From Leptospira sp. (lineage in GTDB: Bacteria > Spirochaetota > Leptospiria > Leptospirales > Leptospiraceae), in contig JAWXAQ010000027.1 of assembly GCA_034439575.1 (NCBI GenBank), positions 320,001 through 384,000 of the forward strand: a DNA stretch of 64,000 bases, in the 5' to 3' direction. Of this stretch, positions 31,904 to 41,409 are shown piece after piece. Positions within the stretch are counted from its first letter, which is position 1. Every line of letters begins with the position of its first letter. The position numbers and the translations under genes are program-made. The notes below the pieces were generated by a model, which was not told the origin of the DNA, ran no database searches, and saw nothing but the letters and a program-made list of their open reading frames with translations.

Positions 31904-33337
31904 ATGAAATTTACTTCTTTAAGTTTCCTATTATTTTTTTTAATCGTTTATGTATTGAATTGGGTTTTGAAAGGAAAAGCCAGACATCTTTTTCTATTTG
32001 TTGTTTCCGTTTTATTTTATGCGGCTTGGTCAATTCCCTTCGCGTTTCATTTTCTTGCCATAGTCATTATAAATCATTTTGCTAATATACAAATTCAGAA
32101 GAATCAAAAATCCAAGTGGTTTTATTCGATTCTGATTTTAAATTTTGGAAATCTTTTTCTGTTTAAATATTTCTATTTTGTTTGGGATAGTCTATTATAT
32201 ATCACTGCTTCGCCACTATATTCACCTGAACATATTCGTTCCTTTCTTGAAAGTCAATTTGGTTTTGAATCAATCACTTTGCCTCTAGCCATTAGCTTTT
32301 ATTCATTTCAAATGATAGCCTATACTATCGATGTTAAACGAGGCGAAGCTAAAGAAAATCCGAATTTTTTACAATTTGCACTATTTATATTTTTCTTTCC
32401 CCAATTAGTAGCAGGACCGATAGTCAGGCATGGAGAATTTTTTCACCAATTGCAAAATTGGGAAGTTAAAAAACATCAGTTATTCGAAGGTCTTTATCTA
32501 GTTTTTTTAGGATTAATAAAAAAAGTTGTGGTCGCTGATAATTTAGCGCAAGTTACAGATCCTATATTTTTTAATCCAAATTCTTTTGATGGTGTGTCCA
32601 ATGGAATGGCTCTTGTTGGCTTTGCTTGTCGTGCCTATTGTGACTTTTCTGGATATACAGACCTTGCCCGTGGTCTTGGTAAACTGCTCGGTATAGATTT
32701 GCCAGAAAATTTCAAGGCTCCGTTTTTGGCTTCTTCAATCAGTGAAGTTTGGACTAGATGGCATATGACGCTTGCTAGCTGGATTCGTGATTATATTTAT
32801 ATACCACTTGGCGGATCAAGAGTAAACGAAATTAGATCCTATTTTAATTTACTCCTAACTTTTTCCCTCACTGGGCTTTGGCATGGAGCCAATATAACTT
32901 TTTTTCTATGGGGATTTTCCCACGGTACACTATTATGTTTGGAGAGAAAGTGGAATCTATTTAGAAAAGCAAAGGGTGGAGATATCAATCTTCCTTTGCC
33001 AATGTATAGAAAAATTTTAGGAATTATTTATGCATTTGGTTTCTTTAGCCTAACAACCGCATTCTTTAATGCAAGTAATGTGAGTATATCAAAGTTTTTA
33101 TTAAAAAATACTTTTCTTGGAAACGTAGGTTTAAGAACCCCGAAATTAGAATTACTTTTTTATTCACTCATCTTAACATATTTGTTTAACTATTTACAAT
33201 TGAAGGAAAGTTTTCCAAGAAAAGAATGGTCAACTTTGAAAAGTATTAGTTTTCTTTTTGTCTTTGGATTTGTTTCCTTAATTCTTCTCGGTTATCTGGC
33301 ACCTGGAGGCACTGAATTTATTTATTTTCAGTTTTAA
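31904..33337 (+). CDS. MBOAT O-acyltransferase (AlgI/PatA/DltB type)
   Basis: LPLAISFYSFQ, FFPQLVAGPI, DFSGYTDLA, RWHMTL...RDYIYIPLGG, GLWHGA and terminal EFIYFQF. Confidence 0.92.
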   Translation: MKFTSLSFLLFFLIVYVLNWVLKGKARHLFLFVVSVLFYAAWSIPFAFHFLAIVIINHFANIQIQKNQKSKWFYSILILNFGNLFLFKYFYFVWDSLLYITASPLYSPEHIRSFLESQFGFESITLPLAISFYSFQMIAYTIDVKRGEAKENPNFLQFALFIFFFPQLVAGPIVRHGEFFHQLQNWEVKKHQLFEGLYLVFLGLIKKVVVADNLAQVTDPIFFNPNSFDGVSNGMALVGFACRAYCDFSGYTDLARGLGKLLGIDLPENFKAPFLASSISEVWTRWHMTLASWIRDYIYIPLGGSRVNEIRSYFNLLLTFSLTGLWHGANITFFLWGFSHGTLLCLERKWNLFRKAKGGDINLPLPMYRKILGIIYAFGFFSLTTAFFNASNVSISKFLLKNTFLGNVGLRTPKLELLFYSLILTYLFNYLQLKESFPRKEWSTLKSISFLFVFGFVSLILLGYLAPGGTEFIYFQF

Positions 33338-33341
33338 ATTT

Positions 33342-34481
33342 ATGAAGAAACAAAATATTACAATTATTCTTTATCCCATTCTGATTTGTTTCACTTTGTT
33401 TTTATTTGATAAGATTTTTTTTCTTCCCATCATTGTAGAAAATACGCATAGTTGGAAAAAAATCGAGCGTTCCTTTTATGATTATAAAGAGGATTTGTAT
33501 GAAGTAATGCTAACAAATCATAAAAAAAACCCTGATCGTAAAATTGGTGTTATACTGGGAAGTTCTCGTTCTGGTGAATTTGATAATTTAGCGATACGCA
33601 AATTATTAAATGATACTGACACTTATAATTTCGCCGCACCATTTGGACCGATTTCTTTTCAATACTATTGGATGGAACGCATTCAAAAAGAAAATTTACC
33701 AATCTCTTTTTTTATGGTGGAACTTGATCCTTTATTATTTACAAAGTCAGCCATCACATATTCGTTAAATGGTTCATATGATTGGCGTTTTGTATTGGGA
33801 AATACAGATTTTTATAGAGAAAATACGCAAAATCTGTGGAATGTAGAAAGTTCTGGATTTTCCGTAGATGAATCAGAAACATACTTTTTGAAGAAATTTT
33901 TTGCTTTATATAAGTATCCCATCGACTTCGGAGCGATCAAGGCAAATAACCAAGAATTAGAAGTAGGTTTTTTCCCAGGACTAAGTGCAGGCATTACTGG
34001 CAAAGAACACAAAAGAGAATTCCTTAAAAAAATCAAAGTCGCCAATCGAGAGTTACTTGGTGCTATGCCCAATGAAATTAAATTTGCCAATGCTGATTTT
34101 TTCTTAGAAAAAGATGCTGAAAATATTTTTAATACACATATGAATCCATATAAAATATCTTTAACACAAATATATTTTTTTAAACGTATGTTAAAGCTTA
34201 TGGAAAATAAAAATATTCCAGTTATTTTTTATTACCCAGTTGTAGCAAATGCTTTAAAAACAAAAATGGAGAAGGGTGGTATCTTAGATGATTTTAATCA
34301 CCAAACATCCACATTAATTCTTAAATCAAAAGAGAATAAAAATACCAAGTTTTATATTGTCGATCCAAGTATTAATAAAAATTGGACATGCCGTGATTTT
34401 GTGGATGCTTTGCACTTAAGTGGTGCTTGTTTTTCAAATCTATTGCCGATTCTTTTTCCTGTAGAACTTAGGAATCAATAG
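33342..34481 (+). CDS. SGNH-like periplasmic partner of the MBOAT (DUF1574/DltD-like)
   Basis: N-terminal TM helix, LGSSRS block I and C-terminal DALH (DxxH); directly downstream of the MBOAT gene. Confidence 0.65.
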   Translation: MKKQNITIILYPILICFTLFLFDKIFFLPIIVENTHSWKKIERSFYDYKEDLYEVMLTNHKKNPDRKIGVILGSSRSGEFDNLAIRKLLNDTDTYNFAAPFGPISFQYYWMERIQKENLPISFFMVELDPLLFTKSAITYSLNGSYDWRFVLGNTDFYRENTQNLWNVESSGFSVDESETYFLKKFFALYKYPIDFGAIKANNQELEVGFFPGLSAGITGKEHKREFLKKIKVANRELLGAMPNEIKFANADFFLEKDAENIFNTHMNPYKISLTQIYFFKRMLKLMENKNIPVIFYYPVVANALKTKMEKGGILDDFNHQTSTLILKSKENKNTKFYIVDPSINKNWTCRDFVDALHLSGACFSNLLPILFPVELRNQ

Positions 34482-35082
34482 AATTATCTACGATTTTTCT
34501 TCTTCTTTTTAAGTATGGTAATTGGTAAAAATTATAAATAAAATAATAACCAAATGTAGTTAACAGGAAATAGGTGGGTATGATAAAGATTTCTAATTTT
34601 TCAAAGATGTTATTTTGTATGTTTTGTTCTTCAGCATAAACTGAGCTAAAAATGAGAATGGAAGAATAAAAGAATAAGGACAATAATAAGTAGAGAGTAG
34701 TAGATTTCAAAAGCCAAAGAGTATCACTCAAATCATATTTAAAATTTTGAAACTCTTCAAAGATGACTTTATAAGACTTTTGGTGGTTTTGTTTGTAAAT
34801 GGAATATGCTTCCAAGATGTCTTCATCTTTTGGTTTTCCATCCAAGAGTACAAATTCAAAATCCAAACCTCTATCATACTTTTCACGCATGGAAGGGTTA
34901 GTAAGCACAGAATAAGCATAATTTAATTCGATTATCTTTTCTTTCACTAATTCCGGAGAATACGTTTCCAGTTTTTCCCAAAATTCCCTTAAGGCTAGGA
35001 ACTGAGTCCGAATTTCGCTTAGATTTGCCGTTCGTTCCATCCCAAGGATCTCATATAAAGTTTCTTTTCTGACAAGCGACAT
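34468..35082 (-). CDS. J-domain-like membrane protein lacking the HPD motif
   Basis: TLYEILGM...[16 protein letters not shown]-domain outline and two C-terminal TM helices. Confidence 0.7.
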   Translation of the reverse strand: MSLVRKETLYEILGMERTANLSEIRTQFLALREFWEKLETYSPELVKEKIIELNYAYSVLTNPSMREKYDRGLDFEFVLLDGKPKDEDILEAYSIYKQNHQKSYKVIFEEFQNFKYDLSDTLWLLKSTTLYLLLSLFFYSSILIFSSVYAEEQNIQNNIFEKLEIFIIPTYFLLTTFGYYFIYNFYQLPYLKRRRKIVDNSIDS

Positions 35083-35171
35083 ACGTGATAGAGACTGACT
35101 TAGGACTTTCTCCTGTCAATTCCGTCTTGATCTTTGCTTTACAACTTCAATTTTCGAAAAATGATAGAATT

Positions 35172-36554
35172 ATGAGCCTTTCTACCGAACTAAACCTCAA
35201 TCCCGATATCCAAATACCAAGTCTCGGGCGTGTGTTTGTTGAAACCTATGGTTGTCAAATGAACGAATACGATTCTGGGATAGTGAAAGAACTCTTTCGA
35301 AAAGAAAATTATGAAAATGCCAATAGCATTGAAGACTCAGACATTATTTTTTTAAACACTTGTGCGGTGAGAGAAAATGCTCATGCAAAAATATATGGTC
35401 GACTTCAATCCCTTGGGTATTTGAAAAAAAAGAATCCAAATCTAGTCATTGGTGTGCTCGGATGTATGGCTCAGAATTTGGGCGATGATTTATTTAACCA
35501 GGAATTGCCTTTAGATTTAATTGTTGGACCTGATAATTATAGGTCTTTACCTGAACTAATACAAAAAATACGAACTGGGGAAAGAGATGTCCAACTAACA
35601 AGACTTTCTAAAACGGAAACCTATGATGAATTGGAACCACGTGTTGTAAATGGCATTCAAGCATTTGTAACGATTATGCGAGGATGTAATAATTTTTGTA
35701 CATTCTGTGTTGTGCCATATACACGCGGAAGAGAAAGAAGTAGGGAACCTGAATCTATACTCACAGAAATTAAGAAACTAGAAGAGATAGGTGTCAAACA
35801 GGTCACCTTACTTGGGCAAAATGTAAATAGTTATGAATATGAATCAAATGATTTTGCTTCTCTCGTAGAACATATATTAAACAATACAAATATTGAAAGA
35901 CTAAGATTTACATCTCCTCATCCAAAAGATTTTCCCGTACATTTGATTGATTTGATGGCGAAAGAGGAGAGGTTTTCTTCGCAGATCCATCTTCCACTCC
36001 AAGCGGGAAATGATAAAGTTCTAAGAGATATGAAACGAAGTTATACTAAGTCTGAATACTTAGAACTAGTTCAATTGATTAAAAAAACAATTCCTGATGT
36101 AGGAATTACGACTGACATCATAGTCGGATTTCCAGGGGAAACCAAAGAAGAATTCGAAGAAACCTTAGAAGTTGTGCGAACTGTTGGTTATGATATGGCT
36201 TATATGTTTAAGTATTCCGAAAGGGAAGGCACGATCGCAAAACGAAAATTTGTTGATGATGTCCCTGAGGAAGAAAAGTCTCGTAGACTTATTGAACTTG
36301 TTGATTTACAAAGTTCCATTTCATTAAAAAAGAATCAGGAAAAAATTGGAAATATTTTTGAAGTTTTAATAGAAAATACTTCAAAAAAGAGTAAACTTGA
36401 GTTATGCGGAAGATCGCATTGCGGTAGAATGATCGTTTTTCCTATACCAGAAGGGGAAAAAACGGATTTGGACTTTTGGATTGGGAAAAAAATTAACGTC
36501 AAGATTCATTCTGTAACGAGCGCTACATTAAGAGGTACGGTGTTTGGAGGATAA
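35172..36554 (+). CDS. miaB: tRNA-2-methylthio-N6-dimethylallyladenosine synthase
   Basis: [25 protein letters not shown], radical-SAM CNNFCTFC and a TRAM domain. ATG at 35172 preferred. Confidence 0.96.
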   Translation: MSLSTELNLNPDIQIPSLGRVFVETYGCQMNEYDSGIVKELFRKENYENANSIEDSDIIFLNTCAVRENAHAKIYGRLQSLGYLKKKNPNLVIGVLGCMAQNLGDDLFNQELPLDLIVGPDNYRSLPELIQKIRTGERDVQLTRLSKTETYDELEPRVVNGIQAFVTIMRGCNNFCTFCVVPYTRGRERSREPESILTEIKKLEEIGVKQVTLLGQNVNSYEYESNDFASLVEHILNNTNIERLRFTSPHPKDFPVHLIDLMAKEERFSSQIHLPLQAGNDKVLRDMKRSYTKSEYLELVQLIKKTIPDVGITTDIIVGFPGETKEEFEETLEVVRTVGYDMAYMFKYSEREGTIAKRKFVDDVPEEEKSRRLIELVDLQSSISLKKNQEKIGNIFEVLIENTSKKSKLELCGRSHCGRMIVFPIPEGEKTDLDFWIGKKINVKIHSVTSATLRGTVFGG

Positions 36555-38151
36555 TTCAAAAAAGATTGACCTCAGGTCGGTTCGTGTCTTTTCAAAAGAT
36601 GACCTTCCACCTGGTTTTGTTGTTGATACAGATCGTGGCGGGAAATTTAAAAAATTTAAGCCACCAATCTTAAGAATTTACATTTTAAAAGAAATCCTCA
36701 GTCCTTTTCTTGTCGCTCTGTCTTTTTTTACCATGATTTATATGGCTGTTGCCATTCAAAAAATGATTGGTCTCTTTGTTGGCAAGGGTATCGATTTTTT
36801 TCGCTTACTTGATTATATGGGTTATGTATTTGGTAATACTTTGCCCATGACGATTCCCATGGCATGTTTGATGTCTGGAATTATGGCCGCAGGACGTTTA
36901 TCAGGTGATTCTGAAATTACGGCTATGCGAGCATCAGGTGTTTCATTTCCATCAATATATTCAAATTTTCTAATATTTGGATTTGTAATGACTTTGATAG
37001 TTGCCTATTTAAATTTTTATTTAGGTCCAGAAAATACTCGGAAAATGAAAGAATTTGATAACTGGATCGCCACATACAATCCTTTACTTGCGATTCAACC
37101 AGGTCAGTTTTCAGGTGATAAAACTCAGGATTTGTTTGCCGAAAAAGGTCGCACAATGTATTCAGGTGGTGTGGACAATGAGGGAAACCTCAGCAAAGTA
37201 CAAATTCGGGAATGGCAAATTTCAGCCAGTGGAACGGATTATATCATATTAAATAATTTAATGGTACCTATGGGTGGCTCAAGAGTCATTCAAATTATCA
37301 ATGCAAACGAAGGTATGTTAGTCGAGAAAAAAAATCCCAAAGGTGAGTATGAAAAATCCATACGATTAAAAAAAGGATTTGTCATCGAATGGAATACCGA
37401 AACGGAAGGGGTCAGCGTTACTAATTTTTTGAATGGAGAGATGGATTACAATGTCCCGACCAAAAAAGAAACCAAAACTTTAGGAATCAATGTCAAACCA
37501 GATACCTTTTCTTTACCTATGTTATTGCACATTAGGGCTGCCATGGAAAGTGAAGGTTTGGAAAAAATCCCTGGCTTAGAGATGTTAAACGAAATGGGTA
37601 TGTCCATTAAAGGTGTGAATGGACTGAACCAAATAGTAGAAAAATTAAAAATGGAAATTTTATTGGGTTCGCAAGGTGGAACAACTGACCAAACCGAACT
37701 CACTCAAAAATTTGCCGTGTTTTCGCAGTTAAGTGAACTATTAAATGAGTCCAAAAAAACCTTAACAGCTTTTAACATCGAAGTTCATAAAAGATTTGCC
37801 ACTCCACTATCCTGTCAAATTTTCTTCTTTCTTTCCTTCCCTCTGGGCTTAGTCGTTAAGCGATCTGGTAAAGGTATGAGTTTTACCTTAGCTGTAGTTT
37901 TTTTACTCATCTACTATTTATTTTTTATTTTTGGAACAGGAATCTCTTACAAGGCAAATGTTCCAGATTGGCTCGGGCCCTGGTCTGCAAATATCGTCAT
38001 CTCCCTTATTTCTGGCTACATAATGGTAACAAGAACCGATGCCAAACTTCCAGATTCGATTCGCAGTAAATTAGGTTTCTATTTTAGAACCAAAGAAAGA
38101 ATCGAAACATTTTTCGAAAAATTAAAAAATCGCATAAAGAAATCAAAATGA
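36544..38151 (+). CDS. LPS export ABC permease, LptF/LptG family
   Basis: [38 protein letters not shown] and WSANI; 6-TM layout. Confidence 0.88.
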   Translation: MEDNSKKIDLRSVRVFSKDDLPPGFVVDTDRGGKFKKFKPPILRIYILKEILSPFLVALSFFTMIYMAVAIQKMIGLFVGKGIDFFRLLDYMGYVFGNTLPMTIPMACLMSGIMAAGRLSGDSEITAMRASGVSFPSIYSNFLIFGFVMTLIVAYLNFYLGPENTRKMKEFDNWIATYNPLLAIQPGQFSGDKTQDLFAEKGRTMYSGGVDNEGNLSKVQIREWQISASGTDYIILNNLMVPMGGSRVIQIINANEGMLVEKKNPKGEYEKSIRLKKGFVIEWNTETEGVSVTNFLNGEMDYNVPTKKETKTLGINVKPDTFSLPMLLHIRAAMESEGLEKIPGLEMLNEMGMSIKGVNGLNQIVEKLKMEILLGSQGGTTDQTELTQKFAVFSQLSELLNESKKTLTAFNIEVHKRFATPLSCQIFFFLSFPLGLVVKRSGKGMSFTLAVVFLLIYYLFFIFGTGISYKANVPDWLGPWSANIVISLISGYIMVTRTDAKLPDSIRSKLGFYFRTKERIETFFEKLKNRIKKSK

Positions 38152-38227
38152 TGTAAATTTTGCTGGAAAATTCCCATATTTCTTTGTCCAATTAGAATTA
38201 TATTAGATCTTCGTTGGAGTGTAATCT

Positions 38228-39058
38228 TTGAAAACCTCACTTATTTGGAATGTCTCGGAAAATCGTCCATTTCCACTCGAATTATGGAAACACCCGAAAA
38301 TCAAAATCCAAGTGAATCAAATCAATATTGCGGATATTGATAAAATCAAACTATCTTCCAATGAATTTAATTTTCTTTTTCTGCAAGTCTCAGGGGCGGA
38401 ATGGGAAAAGTTAAAACCGACCTTGAAAAAAGAATTCGACCTGCAGCCATTTTTATCTCTTATCATAGTTCACTCCGGTGATGCTTCTGAAAAAATTTAT
38501 GAAGAAGTAAAATCTAGTTCCAAATACCTTGTTTTACAAAATCCATTACATACTCGTGAATTACGAATCATCCTAGATCGTTGTATACAGACAGAATTTT
38601 ACAAATCAGCAGCTCTTGATATTGGCAATAGCTGTTTAGAAAACGTAGGATTTTTTGAAGGCGTATTTTCCCTAGCTCATAAAGAATACGAAGATTCCAA
38701 AATGGAAAATTCTGCTTTAAAATCAATTTTAGATTATGAAGAGCAGGTTAAAAAATCACAAATTGGCATCAATACCGCAATGGATAAAGTGACTGATTTA
38801 AAAAATCAGGAATTGATTGAGTTACACGAAAGAGTTAAGGCAAGCGAACAATTGGACCTTTTGAGAGAGACCGAATTAAAACAAGCTCTTGAAATTCAGA
38901 AAGCCACAGAACAAGTATTAAATTATTCTCGTATCGAAGAAATGCAATTGGATCGTATTTTAAAAGCGCAAGACAGATTGTTTGAATACACTGAATCTGA
39001 AATACGAGACCTGATTGAAGAAAATAAAAGATTAAAACAACAATTGGGTTTAAAATAA
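38228..39058 (+). CDS. Hypothetical protein: possible pseudo-receiver domain plus coiled coil
   Basis: 276-aa ORF with a beta/alpha N-terminal pattern and a heptad-rich C-terminal half. Confidence 0.55.
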   Translation: MKTSLIWNVSENRPFPLELWKHPKIKIQVNQINIADIDKIKLSSNEFNFLFLQVSGAEWEKLKPTLKKEFDLQPFLSLIIVHSGDASEKIYEEVKSSSKYLVLQNPLHTRELRIILDRCIQTEFYKSAALDIGNSCLENVGFFEGVFSLAHKEYEDSKMENSALKSILDYEEQVKKSQIGINTAMDKVTDLKNQELIELHERVKASEQLDLLRETELKQALEIQKATEQVLNYSRIEEMQLDRILKAQDRLFEYTESEIRDLIEENKRLKQQLGLK

Positions 39059-39059
39059 T

Positions 39060-39839
39060 CTAAATATCTTTAGCAACTTTTTCTTCAATCGCAGTATATT
39101 CTTTAGATTCTCTTCCATAATGAAGTTCTGCAAATCGTAATAGGTGTTTCTTTTTACTTTCTTTAAATTCATCTGCCATTTCTGAGTTTTTACCTTTTAA
39201 GGCATTAGATTCTAACTTTTCATAAGCGAGAGCTAACATTCGATGAGGTTCTGCTTCCTTTTCATGTTTTTCAGATAAAGCAATGTATCTTTCCAAAAAA
39301 TCAGCAGATTGAAAATAATTTTTGAATGCATCTTGGTGTTTTATGTATTCTCTATAAAGTCCAGCTTTTAAATCCAAATAAGGCTCACTTGCCTTTACTT
39401 TGGGATTTTGAATTTTATCTAATATCGCCATACCTCGAATGAGTTTCGTATTAGCATTGTTACGTGCATCGCTTTGCATTTTTGACAAATTCTTTTCGAG
39501 ATTATCATTTCGCGTTTTTTTTTGCCATTCGTAGCGATCTTCATAATAAACTATTTTTTTGGCATCATCGCGTTTTTTTTGAATGGTTTTTAATGCGTTT
39601 TCGAATCCTTCGATGGCTAAAGAATATTCTTTGTTCGCATCCTTCCAGCGTTTTTGGGAACTCGATTCATCTACTAAATCTAGAATTTCAATTTCTTTAA
39701 ATCTTTCTGGACCATCACCCCAGGGACTTCCTTTTTCTGGGGTTCCTGGAAGAATTTGTTCCACCTTTGTATCTGCCAAAATAGGAAAATGAAAACTTAT
39801 GAGAAAGAGTAGAAAGAATGAAGATTTTTTAGAGAACAT
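39060..39839 (-). CDS. FcpA-related periplasmic protein (flagellar coiling protein paralog)
   Basis: Signal peptide; EDRYEWQK, LDKIQNPKV and HLLRFAELHYGRESKEY resemble Leptospira FcpA as I recall it. Confidence 0.7.
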   Translation of the reverse strand: MFSKKSSFFLLFLISFHFPILADTKVEQILPGTPEKGSPWGDGPERFKEIEILDLVDESSSQKRWKDANKEYSLAIEGFENALKTIQKKRDDAKKIVYYEDRYEWQKKTRNDNLEKNLSKMQSDARNNANTKLIRGMAILDKIQNPKVKASEPYLDLKAGLYREYIKHQDAFKNYFQSADFLERYIALSEKHEKEAEPHRMLALAYEKLESNALKGKNSEMADEFKESKKKHLLRFAELHYGRESKEYTAIEEKVAKDI

Positions 39840-39906
39840 TAACCAATCCTTGGTTCATAAGTAAAACTTTCCTTGTATCCAGGAACTTGGCAAGAACTAT
39901 CATTCT

Positions 39907-40362
39907 ATGGCTTTGATTCAACGAAAAATGGAAATAGTAAAGAATATCGTTTTGATCGCACATGATAATAGAAAGGAAGATTTATTGGAATGGGTGCATT
40001 TTAATAAAGGCACTCTTTCCAAACATCATCTTTCTGCCACGGGCACAACCGGTAAATTGATCCAAGAAAAAACACAATTGCCGGTGTATCGATTTATATC
40101 AGGACCACTTGGTGGGGACCAACAAATTGGTGCTAAAATTGTAGAAGATGGAATTGATTTTATGGTATTTTTTTGGGATCCATTGACCGCACAACCGCAT
40201 GATCCAGATGTAAAAGCTTTGTTAAGAATTGCTGTATTGTACAATATTCCTATGGCATGCAATAGATCGAGTGCTGATTTTCTAATTTCCTCTCCCTTAA
40301 TGGAGAAGGAATACAATCTCCAATTAATCGATTACGGAAATCGAATACCCGCAAAACATTAA
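39907..40362 (+). CDS. mgsA: Methylglyoxal synthase
   Basis: LIAHDNRK, ATGTTG, SGPLGGDQQIG and FFWDPLTAQPHDPDVKALLR. Confidence 0.98.
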   Translation: MALIQRKMEIVKNIVLIAHDNRKEDLLEWVHFNKGTLSKHHLSATGTTGKLIQEKTQLPVYRFISGPLGGDQQIGAKIVEDGIDFMVFFWDPLTAQPHDPDVKALLRIAVLYNIPMACNRSSADFLISSPLMEKEYNLQLIDYGNRIPAKH

Positions 40363-40800
40363 TTTAGATTTTGTATTCAAAAATTTAGCAGTTGCTTGGT
40401 GCCTATTTTTGAACTGTTTTTTAAGTATCGGAAGGATAAACCATTTTGATATGGGCCAAAGGTAAAAATCTAATTTGATCTGATCGATTAATTTAGATTT
40501 GTCTTTTGATATTTCTTTAAATATATGAGAATGTTCAAATTCTAAAAATGGTCCAGATATTTGCTTATCTATAAACAATTCATTTTTCACATAAGCAATA
40601 TGTTTGGCGATCCATTTGATTTTAAATATTGAAACGAGTAAAATGGCAGTTTCCCCAATCATTAATGAATTTGGTTTTTGTAAAACTACCACACCTGGCG
40701 CTTGGTTTACCAGAGTATCAAATCCATCTTTACTTTCATGAAATCCAAACAACGTATCTCTAGAAATTTCAAATTCAGATTGGCAAATAAAATAAGTCAT
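40324..40800 (-). CDS. SRPBCC/START-like family protein
   Basis: LFGFHES, KWIAKH, FIDKQISGPFLEFEHSHIF and FKNRH pattern. ATG at 40800 (MTYFIC) is the likely start. Confidence 0.75.
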   Translation of the reverse strand: MTYFICQSEFEISRDTLFGFHESKDGFDTLVNQAPGVVVLQKPNSLMIGETAILLVSIFKIKWIAKHIAYVKNELFIDKQISGPFLEFEHSHIFKEISKDKSKLIDQIKLDFYLWPISKWFILPILKKQFKNRHQATAKFLNTKSKLMFCGYSISVID

Positions 40801-40818
40801 AATTAATCTAAAGAGAAT

Positions 40819-41409
40819 ATGAAACAAAGCCTTTTCAAGACTATAATCAGATTATTTCAAAATAAATCTTTATCAGATATAAATTTAGATGATAATGCGA
40901 TAGAAAGATTAAAGGAAGAAGAGAAAAAGCAAAATAAACCGATAACATTGGAAGTCCAAATCAAAAGAGACAGAAACTTGAGCGGGAATGTGTTTGTTGG
41001 GTTTATTGATAAATTAAAATCCGGAGTTGGTTTGATTCAAATCCATCCAAATGATTTAGATATTTTACAAGGAGGGAATATTTCTTATAGTAAGGAAGAA
41101 GGTAAGTTTTTATATTTCCCCAATGTTGATTTAAAATGGGAAATCACTCCGAATCCACAAATTCATAAAATAGTTTCGAACAAACTTTTTACCAATATTG
41201 GTAAGACATGGAATTCGGAATATAAATCTGCATCATTACTAGTTTATGATTTGTTATCTTTGGAAAATGTAACTTCATTGTATGCAAATGAATATGACTT
41301 ACAAATTGAATTTAAAAATAAAAATATCACTCCCGAATTAGAAGAGGAAATTTCAGAAATAATTCTTAATTATTTTTCGAACCTTTATCCTCGGTTAGAT
41401 GAACAGTAA
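40819..41409 (+). CDS. Hypothetical protein with HesB-like and Nfu-N-like segments
   Basis: INLDDNAIERL N-terminal segment and a WEITPNP...LLSLENVTSLY segment. No cysteines. Confidence 0.45.
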   Translation: MKQSLFKTIIRLFQNKSLSDINLDDNAIERLKEEEKKQNKPITLEVQIKRDRNLSGNVFVGFIDKLKSGVGLIQIHPNDLDILQGGNISYSKEEGKFLYFPNVDLKWEITPNPQIHKIVSNKLFTNIGKTWNSEYKSASLLVYDLLSLENVTSLYANEYDLQIEFKNKNITPELEEEISEIILNYFSNLYPRLDEQ

